Position numbers and translations under genes: made by a program. A DNA stretch of 64,000 nt from assembly GCA_027491395.1 (NCBI GenBank), contig JAOZFI010000039.1, positions 1 through 64,000 on the forward strand, in the 5' to 3' direction. This DNA is from Thermoproteota archaeon. GTDB taxonomy: Archaea > Korarchaeota > Korarchaeia > Korarchaeales > Korarchaeaceae. Shown piece by piece: positions 1 to 9,045 of the stretch (positions are counted from its first letter, which is position 1; each line of letters starts with the position of its first letter). The notes beneath the pieces are model-generated. The model did no database searches, was not told where the DNA came from, and saw nothing but the letters and a program-made list of their open reading frames with translations.

Positions 1-389
1 ATGAAGACCCTGACAGAACCCCTATCCTCATAGGAGCTGAAAATCTCTCCTGCTTTCCTTATACCGCTCAAGATGGATTCGAAGAACTCATCAGCGCTCA
101 TTCTCAATCGATCAGCCGACTTGGCGACCTCTCCAGCTCCCCTGACCCAGAAGGTGACCATGCCGGTGTAGACGCCCAGCCTCAGGTGGGTGGGCACGGG
201 ACTTCCCATGGGGAGGAACGCGTAACCTTCGGCCCTCCTGCTGGGCAGAAACCCCAGCTTCTCCATTTCTTCCACTAACTTCGATATCAGACCTTCCAGA
301 TCCTTGGGATCTAGGTAAGCGTACATCTCCACTTTTATCAGGAAGCTCTCGTAATCCATCTCAATCTTGGATAGGGATGGGACCACCAT
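1..389 (-). CDS. Hypothetical protein, 3' end outside window
   Basis: Manual translation from ATG at 389 (MVVPSLSKIEMDYESFLIKVEMYAYLDPKDLEG...) is open to the window edge; co-oriented just downstream of UbiA. Confidence 0.7.
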   Translation of the reverse strand, partial: MVVPSLSKIEMDYESFLIKVEMYAYLDPKDLEGLISKLVEEMEKLGFLPSRRAEGYAFLPMGSPVPTHLRLGVYTGMVTFWVRGAGEVAKSADRLRMSADEFFESILSGIRKAGEIFSSYEDRGSVRVF

Positions 390-400
390 AAAAATGCAGC

Positions 401-1222
401 TCAGTGGGGGAGGAGATCCAGCATGAACCCGAATCCCAAGAGCAGGCTCACCACCAAGTTGACATTGAAGGCCTTGGCGTACTCCCCCCTCCTAGCGAGG
501 TAGTGTTGATAACCAAGCAGCCCGGCCGTGAGGCCTATTGAGATCGCAGAGAACACGCCATTGATTGCACTCACCAGCAGGACTAAGACCGTACCTATGT
601 GTAAGAGGAGTGAGAGGTTGAGGGCAACTTTCTCCCCGAAGCACGCCGGAACCGATTTGATCCCCAGCCTTCGATCTATACCCACATCCTGCACCGCGTA
701 CACCATGTCGAAGCCCGCTACCCACATGGCCAAAGCGATAGCGTAGCCCCAAGGCAGGTTGGACACACTGTTCGACATGGCTATCGCTCCCGCAAGCGGG
801 ACCGCTCCGAGCACGGCACCTAGGTGGAAGTGAGGGAAGCAGTGGATCCTCTTAGCGAAAGGGTAGGTTACCTCCGCGAGTATTATGGGAAAAGCTAGGA
901 GGAAGGCTAGCCAGTTGAAGTAGAGTGCGCTAAGGGCGAATATGGAGGAGAACAGCACTATAAGTAGGACCACGGTCAGAGCCCTCGCCTCTCCAGTTAC
1001 GAGAGGCCTACTGGCCGTTCTGGGATTCAGGGCATCCAAGTCCCTGTCGAAGAGATCGTTAGACAGCAGAGCGACGGATCTAGCTGAGAAGAGAGCGACG
1101 CCTATAATCAAAGCGTCCAGCCAGTCGCTCAGTCCGAACATCAGCGCTCCGACGTAAGCGAAGGGTAGGCTGAAGAGCGTGTGATGAATCCTCAGCATCC
1201 TCACGTAGGCCCTAAATCCCAA
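401..1222 (-). CDS. UbiA-family prenyltransferase (MqnP-like)
   Basis: HTLFSLPF, NDLFDRDLDALNPRTASRPL and GFDMVYAVQD Asp-rich motifs, multi-TM; start trimmed to TTG 1222 overlapping the ubiD stop. Confidence 0.9.
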   Translation of the reverse strand: MGFRAYVRMLRIHHTLFSLPFAYVGALMFGLSDWLDALIIGVALFSARSVALLSNDLFDRDLDALNPRTASRPLVTGEARALTVVLLIVLFSSIFALSALYFNWLAFLLAFPIILAEVTYPFAKRIHCFPHFHLGAVLGAVPLAGAIAMSNSVSNLPWGYAIALAMWVAGFDMVYAVQDVGIDRRLGIKSVPACFGEKVALNLSLLLHIGTVLVLLVSAINGVFSAISIGLTAGLLGYQHYLARRGEYAKAFNVNLVVSLLLGFGFMLDLLPH

Positions 1223-2630
1223 GCTCGGACCACCTCTCATCCACTCTCCTCGCAACCTCTGGATCTGGGGCGACGGGCTCGGGCCAGTCCCTTCCCATCT
1301 CCTCTCTCAGCTTCCTAGTCGCATCCACTATCATCTTGCCTCCCATCCTAGGAGCGACGCTCGCATGATCGAGCTCGTCGGCAACGGCGTTCTCCACAAT
1401 CTGCACATCCCTCTGGGGATCCACGGTCGAGGCCACCGCGTACATCACCTGATTTAAGTCGTGCACATCCACGTCGTGGTCCACAACAACTACCATCTTA
1501 GTCAGGGAGAACTGTCCCAAGCCGAGTAGCCCCATCGCCACCTGCTTGGCATGGCCTGGGTACCTCTTCCTGATGGCCACTACGGCAATGCCGTGAAAGA
1601 GCCCGTACTCCGGCAGGTTCAGATCCACCACCTCAGGCATGAGCATCCTCACGAAGGGTAGGAAGGTCCTCTCCACCGCCTTTCCCAGAACGGCGTCCTC
1701 GAGCCAGGGATAGCCCACTACGGTGGCGTGAAATATCGGGTCTTCCCTTGTGTAGATCCTCCTCACCCTGAAGACCGGGAAGGGGGCTGGTGGAGTGTAA
1801 TAGCCCATGTGATCCCCGAAGGGTCCCTCTATGCGGGTTTCGCTAGGTGGAACAGAGCCCTCCATTACCAGCTCGGCTGAGGAAGGGATTAAGAGGCCAC
1901 TCTCTCCCTTAGTTACCCGTATCGACCTCCCAGCCATGATTCCAGCGAAGAGGTAGCTGTCTATTCCTTCAGGCACGGGTGCCACTGCAGCGAAGGCCAC
2001 GGCAGGATCTACACCCACAGCTACAGCAACAGGCATCTCCTCACCGTACTTCTCGTAGTAGGCAGCCCCCCTCTTGTGTATGTGCCAGTGCATCCCCGTA
2101 ACGTCCTTCCCCATTATCTGCATCCTGTAGACCCCGAAGTGGTGTATCCCCGTCTCCAGATCTCTAGTGATGACGATGGGGAAGGTAAAGAATCTTCCCG
2201 CGTCCTTCGGCCACGTCCTGATCGCTGGCACCTTATTCAAGTCGGGCTCATCCCACTCATTGTCCTTCCAAGGGGCTTTGGATATCTTAGGTAGGTATCT
2301 GCCGAAGCTAGCGGCTTCCCTCAAGGTCCTGACCTTCTCCCCTAAGGTGAGAGGGGGCGGTCCCCTAGCTAGTCTAGTGAACCTCTCGCCAGCATCCTCC
2401 AGCCTCTCCACTCCCAGAGCAAACTTCACCCTCTCTATCTTCGAAAACAGGTTGCCAGCGACTCTCCAACCCTCGAAACCCTCGATGTTCTCGAAGAGGA
2501 GTGCCGGTCCACCTCGTGCGACTCTCCTCAGGATCTCCGCTATCTCCAGCTCAACGCTGACCGGAGCTTTTACCCTTCTTAGCTCTCCTCTACTCTCAAG
2601 CCCCTCCAGAAAGCTCCTGAGATCTTCCAA
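1212..2630 (-). CDS. ubiD: UbiD-family prFMN-dependent decarboxylase (menaquinone-pathway type)
   Basis: WPKDAGRF, GVYRMQ, EGPFGDHMGYY, LDHAS and GKMIVDAT motifs. Confidence 0.93.
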   Translation of the reverse strand: MEDLRSFLEGLESRGELRRVKAPVSVELEIAEILRRVARGGPALLFENIEGFEGWRVAGNLFSKIERVKFALGVERLEDAGERFTRLARGPPPLTLGEKVRTLREAASFGRYLPKISKAPWKDNEWDEPDLNKVPAIRTWPKDAGRFFTFPIVITRDLETGIHHFGVYRMQIMGKDVTGMHWHIHKRGAAYYEKYGEEMPVAVAVGVDPAVAFAAVAPVPEGIDSYLFAGIMAGRSIRVTKGESGLLIPSSAELVMEGSVPPSETRIEGPFGDHMGYYTPPAPFPVFRVRRIYTREDPIFHATVVGYPWLEDAVLGKAVERTFLPFVRMLMPEVVDLNLPEYGLFHGIAVVAIRKRYPGHAKQVAMGLLGLGQFSLTKMVVVVDHDVDVHDLNQVMYAVASTVDPQRDVQIVENAVADELDHASVAPRMGGKMIVDATRKLREEMGRDWPEPVAPDPEVARRVDERWSELGI

Positions 2631-2652
2631 CTTTCACTCCCACGGAGTAGTC

Positions 2653-3131
2653 TCACGTTAAATTAAGTGTTTGCCGATCCTTTCCTTGAGCTCTTAACTT
2701 CCTCGTCAGGAGTATTTTAGCCATCTCGCTCAAATTCCACCTCCCATATCTGTTGTAGAGGACATAGTCCTCCCGGCTCAATTCCCTCAGGAAGGATGCT
2801 ATCAAGGAATCTACGTTGATCCTGTCTATCAGCACCCTGTAGCCTGGGCCAATCCTGAGAGGAATGTCCCTGGAGAGAGGTTATCCCTAAAATCACTCAA
2901 ACCCATTACATGAACATCGAGAGGGGGAGACCTCTCCTAAGGGCCCGTGAGGATATCTTGTACTCGAGCTCCATCTTTTCCCTAGGTCTCAATGATCCTT
3001 TCACAACTATCAAGAGATCGACATCCTTGGCATCCCTCCAGTAGATCAAGCTCCCAAAGACAAGTGCCGCTAGGACCCTATCTCCCAGCTCCTCCAGTAC
3101 GAGGTCCTTCAAATCCTTATATAATCCCCTT
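2653..3131 (-). pseudogene. Minimal nucleotidyltransferase (MNT), broken by two frameshifts
   Basis: VFGSL...DVDLLIV in the 2906-3157 frame; continues LDVHVMGLSDFRDNLSPGTFLSGLAQ in a second frame, then GYRVLIDRINVDS in the 2653-2835 frame; 5' boundary approximate. Confidence 0.75.
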
Positions 3132-3548
3132 CTTCGCGAGATACCTCCTCGCAACACCCAATACCTCCCTAGCTCTCTTGAGAGCCTCTTCAGCTACCTC
3201 CCTATCGATGAACTCGTCGGGCGACACAACCTCACCTCTTAAGAGGAACGAATATCTACTCCTAGTGTAGTACCCGGTGAACCACCCTATTATATCTAGG
3301 ACCCTATCGAACTCATTCCTCCACTCATCCGAGAACGCTTCAGAGAATGCGGTCCCCAGCATTGGCCCGTGATTGTACACGTACTTCTTTTTGGCCCCTA
3401 TCATAGCCTTCACAGCCTTCCCAACGCACTGTTGCAGGTGGAAAACAGACTCTGAGTAGTCTTCGAACTCAATTGATCTTAAGGCTCTTTTAAGGTCTTT
3501 CTCCGCTTCTTCGAAGTACTTTCTGGCGAACTTCTCGTAGAATACCAA
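3117..3548 (-). CDS. HEPN-domain protein (MNT partner), possibly decaying
   Basis: AEKDL..A, FHLQQCVGKAVKA, NHG, YTRSRY, EEALKRAREV: archaeal HEPN pattern. Confidence 0.85.
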   Translation of the reverse strand: MVFYEKFARKYFEEAEKDLKRALRSIEFEDYSESVFHLQQCVGKAVKAMIGAKKKYVYNHGPMLGTAFSEAFSDEWRNEFDRVLDIIGWFTGYYTRSRYSFLLRGEVVSPDEFIDREVAEEALKRAREVLGVARRYLAKKGII

Positions 3549-3658
3549 ACGTGTCCCTTTCCTGTCAGATAAGGCTTCAAACTTATATTTGTCGTATCGC
3601 AGCGGATGCCACTACCATTATTTTATGACAAAGTGAAGGGAAGGGAAATGGGGAGAAC

Positions 3659-4558
3659 ATGAGAAGGCTCCTCTACCTACTAGCTCTCGTCGTAATCGTC
3701 TTGATAGCCTACGCTCTGATACCCAAGCAGCGGAGCCCCGTCACAGCTGCCACCATACAGGGGGGAATCAGCACACTCGACCTGATGGAGGGCAAGGCCG
3801 AGTGGCTCAAGGTGATGAGGTTCGATAAACCCTTGGACGTGGCCCAGGCCCTGTCGAAGGGCGAGGTCGATGTGGCCGTTATAACCTCTGAGATGTACGC
3901 GAAGTTCGCTCTCTCCTCCAAGAGGGATCTGAAGATAATCGCCGCTGAGATGCTGCAGAATCAGGCGGTGGTAGGGGTGAGTGACCTGAAGGACTTGGAG
4001 GGTAAGAGGATAGGCGCCACGACGGCCAGCGGGACCTACGCGATGTTTCAGGCGTACACGAGGCTCGCGGGTGTGAAGGAATATGAGGTGGTGGACATGC
4101 CCCCACCCCAGTTAGTAGCGGCACTGAATAGGGGCGACATAGATGCGGCGGTAGTCTGGGAACCCGTGGCTTCCAAACTCATCGCCAAAGGCTATGAGTA
4201 TGTCGATTTCGTTGACCTCGCTGAGAGGTATGTGGACAAACAGCCAATAATGCTGGTGTGGGTCGCCACAGAGGACTTCCTGAGGAGGCCCGACGATGTG
4301 AAGGCATTCCTCGAGCTGAGGGAGAGGGCGGCTCAAAGGTGGGATGAGGAAGCCCCCTCGATCCTCAAAAAACTCTATGGTCTTAACGACAATGAGATAA
4401 ACACTCTGATGGCTAGAGTGAGGCTGTGGACTGGTGGTCTAGAGGGGGCGAGGGAGGGCATAATCTCTGCTTGGGAACTGGCTCGTCAGGGAGGATACCT
4501 GAAGGTAGGCGAGGACGCTCTAAAGGAGCTCGCATCTAAGGCCTTCTGGGGAGGCTGA
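3659..4558 (+). CDS. ABC transporter substrate-binding protein, NitT/TauT/SsuA-like
   Basis: N-terminal hydrophobic anchor, DLEGKRIG, GDIDAAVVWEP; followed by permease and ATPase. Confidence 0.85.
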   Translation: MRRLLYLLALVVIVLIAYALIPKQRSPVTAATIQGGISTLDLMEGKAEWLKVMRFDKPLDVAQALSKGEVDVAVITSEMYAKFALSSKRDLKIIAAEMLQNQAVVGVSDLKDLEGKRIGATTASGTYAMFQAYTRLAGVKEYEVVDMPPPQLVAALNRGDIDAAVVWEPVASKLIAKGYEYVDFVDLAERYVDKQPIMLVWVATEDFLRRPDDVKAFLELRERAAQRWDEEAPSILKKLYGLNDNEINTLMARVRLWTGGLEGAREGIISAWELARQGGYLKVGEDALKELASKAFWGG

Positions 4559-4640
4559 TCCCTCGACTCCCTCCTCTTTCCCGACCAAATCCTTAAGAGC
4601 CTTCTCGATGGTTGCTCCCGTTGGTGAGAGGTCAGGCACC

Positions 4641-5411
4641 ATGACTCAGGGAAGGAAGGAGGCCGGCAAGGGACGGGAAATCGCTTTCAGAACCGGAAGG
4701 ATACTCGCTGGCCTCTTCGTCTTGGCGATATGGATCTCAGCGTCAGCGACGGGCATGCTCCCTTGTCCCGCGGAGGTGCTGGCATACCTCCTCAGCATGA
4801 AGCTGGAAGATGTTGCGCCTCAAGTGCTCAAGACGCTGTACAACAGCATTACCGGATTCTCCCTGTCTTTCCTAGCCTCCATGGTACTAGGTCTCCTGTC
4901 CCACAAGCTTTCCTTGGTCAAGGGGTTCTCGGAGGCCCTCTCCGAGATATTCAACAGCACCTCCGCCTTGGTCTGGTCTTTGGTCCTAGTGGCCACCCTA
5001 GGCGTGTTAAGTCCCCTCCCGCCGATACTAGTGGTCGCAGCCGTGACGCTCCCCCATGTACTCACAGCTACGGTATCGGCTCTGTCCTCGGCGGACCCGG
5101 GTCTGCTGGAGGCCGTCAGATCGGTAGGAGCCAAGCCCTCTGACGAATTCTTCGAGGTGATCTTACCCAGCTCCGTACCGCTCTTGGCCTCGGCCTCAAG
5201 GGTCGGGTTGGGGACCGCCCTGAGGATAAGCGTGGTGGCCGAGGCCTTCGGATCAAGCGGCGGAGTGGGCTACATGATAATCAGGAGCTACAACTTGGCT
5301 GATGCCTCGGGGGTACTGGCTTGGTCCATCGTGCTAATTGCTCTGGTCCTAGGACTGGATCAGCTGATCCTCAAACCCCTAGAGAGGAGGGCTAAGAGAT
5401 GGCTAGAGTGA
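4641..5411 (+). CDS. ABC transporter permease, NitT/TauT family
   Basis: EAA loop LLEAVRSVGA, VVAEAFGSSGGVG; start at ATG 4641 chosen. Confidence 0.88.
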   Translation: MTQGRKEAGKGREIAFRTGRILAGLFVLAIWISASATGMLPCPAEVLAYLLSMKLEDVAPQVLKTLYNSITGFSLSFLASMVLGLLSHKLSLVKGFSEALSEIFNSTSALVWSLVLVATLGVLSPLPPILVVAAVTLPHVLTATVSALSSADPGLLEAVRSVGAKPSDEFFEVILPSSVPLLASASRVGLGTALRISVVAEAFGSSGGVGYMIIRSYNLADASGVLAWSIVLIALVLGLDQLILKPLERRAKRWLE

Positions 5412-6112
5412 TGTTAGACGTCTCCTCGGTATACAAGAGCTTCTCGGAACCTGTCCTAGTTGATATAAGCCTTAACCTGAATGGAGGCGAGATCTTAGGG
5501 GTCGTGGGACCCAACGGATGCGGGAAGACGACCCTCCTGAGGATAATGGCGGGACTGGAGTTGCCCGACAGGGGGAGCGTCAGGAGGAAGGGGAAGGTCG
5601 GCATCGTGTTTCAGGAGGACAGGCTCCTTCCTTGGAAGACCCTTTGGGAGAATGTGGCCCTAGGGCTGAAGTATCACGGGATGAGGGGGGAGGAACTAGC
5701 CAAGAGGGTTAGGGAGTACTCGAGCATGGTGGGGCTCACCGACTCCGATCTGTCACTCCACCCTAGGAAGGCCAGTGGCGGCACTAGGAGGAAGGCAGCC
5801 CTGGCTAGAGCCCTCGTCCTCGAGCCGGAGATACTCCTCTTGGATGAACCGTTCACCGGACTCGATGTCAAGGCTAGGACCTCCTTGAGGGAAGCCCTCA
5901 AGTGGATCTGGGACGAGTACGGACTCTCGACGGTGATAGTCTCCCATCAACTGGAGGAGCTGCTGCCCCTAGCCGATAGGGTCTACGTGCTAACTCCAAA
6001 ACCAGCTAGAGTAGCTAAGGAGATAGATTTGAGGGGCATGGATTTGGAGAGGAGGCTGGAGAGAGTGAAAGAGGCCCTCTTTCATATATTATCGAGATCT
6101 GGAACGGAGTGA
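5399..6112 (+). CDS. ABC transporter ATP-binding protein, NitT/TauT family
   Basis: Walker A GPNGCGKTT, VFQEDRLLPW, Walker B LLLDEPF. Confidence 0.92.
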   Translation: MARVMLDVSSVYKSFSEPVLVDISLNLNGGEILGVVGPNGCGKTTLLRIMAGLELPDRGSVRRKGKVGIVFQEDRLLPWKTLWENVALGLKYHGMRGEELAKRVREYSSMVGLTDSDLSLHPRKASGGTRRKAALARALVLEPEILLLDEPFTGLDVKARTSLREALKWIWDEYGLSTVIVSHQLEELLPLADRVYVLTPKPARVAKEIDLRGMDLERRLERVKEALFHILSRSGTE

Positions 6113-6847
6113 TCTCCTAAGGAACCACCAGATGACTGGAATGGTGGCTACGACTGTCATGCCGATTCCCGTGGCCATGAACTGGGAAGTACTGTCCTCG
6201 AAGGGGATGTAGGCGCCGCATACATCCATCACTGCATGCAGCATGGAAGGACCCGCTATGTTCCATCCGAAGTAGTAGTAAGCGGCCAGCACCATGCCCG
6301 CCGCGAAGACCGATAGCAGGTGCAAGCTTACCTCTCTAAGACCATATTTAGCAACTAGAAGGTCTATTGGAAGATGACTGAGGGCAAAGAGGAGGGAGCT
6401 GAGCGAGGCAGCGGTCCAAAACTTCCATCTCCCCTCATAATCCGAGGCCATCATGGAGAAGTAGTATCCCCTGTCCACCAACTCCTCCGCTGGACCAACG
6501 ACGAGGAAGAGGTGGAGAGTGCCCAGCAAGTTGAGGTCGGGCTTACCCCCCATCGCCAAGTGTATCGAGAGCAAGGATACGGAACCTAGAGCAGCGAGGG
6601 AGAGGGATTCCTCTATACCCCTCCTAGAAACGCCTACATCCTCCCAAGAGTCATCGAACCATCTCAGGAAGAGGTAAACCAGTCCAAATGAGACTGCAAG
6701 CTTGACAACGGATTCCACAAGCAGGGGGAGCGGCTCTGGAGTCAAGACCCCCCAACCGAGCATCCCGGTCACATAGCGGTAGGGGGTCCATATCAGAATG
6801 AACGCAATGAAGAGTTTCAGGGACTTGACTAGGCCTTCTTTTCCCAC
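6089..6847 (-). CDS. CPBP (CAAX protease/Abi) family intramembrane metalloprotease
   Basis: AEELVDRGY, FALSH and HAVMD motifs in a multi-TM protein. Confidence 0.87.
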   Translation of the reverse strand: MGKEGLVKSLKLFIAFILIWTPYRYVTGMLGWGVLTPEPLPLLVESVVKLAVSFGLVYLFLRWFDDSWEDVGVSRRGIEESLSLAALGSVSLLSIHLAMGGKPDLNLLGTLHLFLVVGPAEELVDRGYYFSMMASDYEGRWKFWTAASLSSLLFALSHLPIDLLVAKYGLREVSLHLLSVFAAGMVLAAYYYFGWNIAGPSMLHAVMDVCGAYIPFEDSTSQFMATGIGMTVVATIPVIWWFLRRSLRSRSR

Positions 6848-6921
6848 AGGAACACCGGGAAATTTGATGGCATCATATTAAAACTGGTCCTGATCAATTT
6901 TTGGACGCTTTCTGGCGTAAG

Positions 6922-6943
6922 AGCATACAAGTATGCTTATATA
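6922..6943 (+). promoter_or_regulatory. vapBC promoter: palindromic operator abutting TATA box
   Basis: AGCATAC-aa-GTATGCT perfect inverted repeat overlapping TTATATA about 25 nt before the ATG. Confidence 0.6.
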
Positions 6944-6964
6944 CAAGAACCCCTTAGGTATCGT

Positions 6965-7174
6965 ATGCCCTCCACTACCACAATCAGGATCAGCAGATCC
7001 ACGCTAAGGATGCTGGAGGATCTAAAGAGGAGAAAAAGGGCTCGAAATTACGATGAACTAATTATAACGCTCATTCAAGAGCTCAGAAATAGGGAACTGG
7101 ACGCTAACTTCGGGATAGACAGGGGAAAGATCTCGAGGTTCACCGAGGAGGATAGAGGGGATGCTAGGATCTAG
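6965..7174 (+). CDS. VapB-type antitoxin (RHH-like)
   Basis: TTIRIS...LEDLK...NYDELI N-terminus, acidic FTEEDR tail, overlaps the PIN gene. Confidence 0.8.
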   Translation: MPSTTTIRISRSTLRMLEDLKRRKRARNYDELIITLIQELRNRELDANFGIDRGKISRFTEEDRGDARI

Positions 7175-7586
7175 AACACTTGTGGTGGATAGCTACGCGT
7201 GGATCGAATACTTCCTCGGCTCAGACAAGGGGAAAAAGGTGCTAGAAGAGTTAAGGAGGGCAGAGGAAGTGATCACACCTTCCGTGGTCCTAGCCGAACT
7301 CGCACACAAGTACTTCAGGGAGGGTATGGACAGGGCTCAGGTTGAGGAGAGGATAAACTTAGTGAGATCGGTCTCCACAATCCGGGATCTAGATAACCAA
7401 GTCATCTTGGGGTTAAGAGAGGCGTACGGCGTGCTGCTGGATAATGCGAGGAGGCAGGGTATGAGACAAAAACCAGCTTTAAACGATGCAATAGTACTCT
7501 CAACCTCCTTGATCGTTGAAGGATCCGTCATAACGGGAGATAGACACTTCAAAGGGCTGAATAGGGTTATTTGGGTAGGAGATTAG
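7161..7586 (+). CDS. vapC: VapC PIN-domain ribonuclease toxin
   Basis: VVDSYAWIEY, VLAE, LNDAIV and TGDRHF acidic PIN residues. Confidence 0.9.
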   Translation: MLGSRTLVVDSYAWIEYFLGSDKGKKVLEELRRAEEVITPSVVLAELAHKYFREGMDRAQVEERINLVRSVSTIRDLDNQVILGLREAYGVLLDNARRQGMRQKPALNDAIVLSTSLIVEGSVITGDRHFKGLNRVIWVGD

Positions 7587-7680
7587 CTCCCTTAGGGTAC
7601 TCGCGGCTTATAAATCGAGATGAGTGTCTACATACCATACCAGAATTAATTTAGATCCACTATAAGAACCTGATCTTCAA

Positions 7681-9024
7681 ATGAGGGTCTTCGGGACATC
7701 GGGATTCAGGGGATACGTTAACGGGAAGCTTAATCCTCTGAATGTAATTAAGCTGGCTTTATCCTTCTCTTCATTCCTTTCAGGTGGCAGGATAGCGGTT
7801 GGAAGGGATGCTAGGCTGGGCAACAAGATAATCCATCCGACCTTCGTGTCCGGTCTCCTCGCGGGCGGTAGCGACGTGATCGACTTCGGTCTCACATCGA
7901 CCCCGGCCCTACTCCACGGGATGAAGGGGAGGAGCGAAGGGGCCGCCATGATAACGGGTTCTCACACTCCTCCGGACATACACGGGATCCTCCTCTTCAG
8001 GGGGGATACGGCGGAGATCTTCGGAGATGAAGAGAGGGAGATAGAGGAGATATTCGAGGGTGAGAGGTTTCAATTTGTCGGGTTGGAGGACTTGAGTGAA
8101 GTTGAGAGGGGAGATGCCCTCCCCAGCTACAGGGAGGACGTGAGAAGTGAGTTCCCTACCCTGAAGGGCAGGATAATTTTGGACTCAGGCCACTCACCCG
8201 CGGTCAGGGACTTCCTACATGTGCTGGATGGTTTGGAAATGAGGGTCCTGAACGGAGAGATAAGGGGGGACTTCCCCAACAGACCGCCTGAACCGGATCA
8301 GAAATCACTGGGACTACTTGGAAGGATCGTCAGGGAGGAGAGTGCGATATTCGGACTGTCGCTAGATGGAGATGGAGATAGGGCCATATTCGTCGACGAG
8401 AGGGGAGAGGTGGTCCCTCCCGATAGGTTGGGCATCCTGTTCGCCTTGGAGGAGGCGAGGAGCAGGGGCATAAGGAAGGTAGCATGCCCTGTCAACACAA
8501 CGGGAGCAGTGGAGATTCTGAGGGAGTACGGGATCGAGATTACCTACACTAAAGTGGGCCCGCCGGCTATGGCCTCGGCCATACTGAGGAAGGGAGCGGG
8601 TTTCGCGTTCGAGGAGTCGGGGAAGTATATCTGGCCGGGGAACATCCTTTATGGAGATCCCGTCTATGCCACCGCCAAGCTGTTACGGATATTGGATGGA
8701 AGGTCTCTCTCGGAATCGCTCTCATGGATACCCAAGAGGTACACTAGGAAGGGCGCGATTCCCTGCCCTGATCACCTTAAGGGAAGGCTACTCTCCGAGG
8801 TTGAGGCATTGGTCGAACCTCTTGGAGATATGATCAAGATAGATGGCGTGAAGGTGGTCTTGGACGATGGAAGCTGGATGCTCCTCAGGCCCTCTGGAAC
8901 TGAACCTGTATTCAGATATCATGTGGACGCGCCCACTAAGGGGAGGACTCTAGAGCTTGAGAGAAAGGCCCTGTCGATGATCAGGAGTGCAGGGAAAACT
9001 GCAGGACTTGAGAACCTTAATTAA
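7681..9024 (+). CDS. Phosphohexomutase (phosphomannomutase/phosphoglucomutase family)
   Basis: FGTSGFRG, TGSHTP, DGDGDR, FEESG and RPSGTEP motifs. Confidence 0.93.
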   Translation: MRVFGTSGFRGYVNGKLNPLNVIKLALSFSSFLSGGRIAVGRDARLGNKIIHPTFVSGLLAGGSDVIDFGLTSTPALLHGMKGRSEGAAMITGSHTPPDIHGILLFRGDTAEIFGDEEREIEEIFEGERFQFVGLEDLSEVERGDALPSYREDVRSEFPTLKGRIILDSGHSPAVRDFLHVLDGLEMRVLNGEIRGDFPNRPPEPDQKSLGLLGRIVREESAIFGLSLDGDGDRAIFVDERGEVVPPDRLGILFALEEARSRGIRKVACPVNTTGAVEILREYGIEITYTKVGPPAMASAILRKGAGFAFEESGKYIWPGNILYGDPVYATAKLLRILDGRSLSESLSWIPKRYTRKGAIPCPDHLKGRLLSEVEALVEPLGDMIKIDGVKVVLDDGSWMLLRPSGTEPVFRYHVDAPTKGRTLELERKALSMIRSAGKTAGLENLN

Positions 9025-9045
9025 GATCCGGCAGCCCTTAACTCG

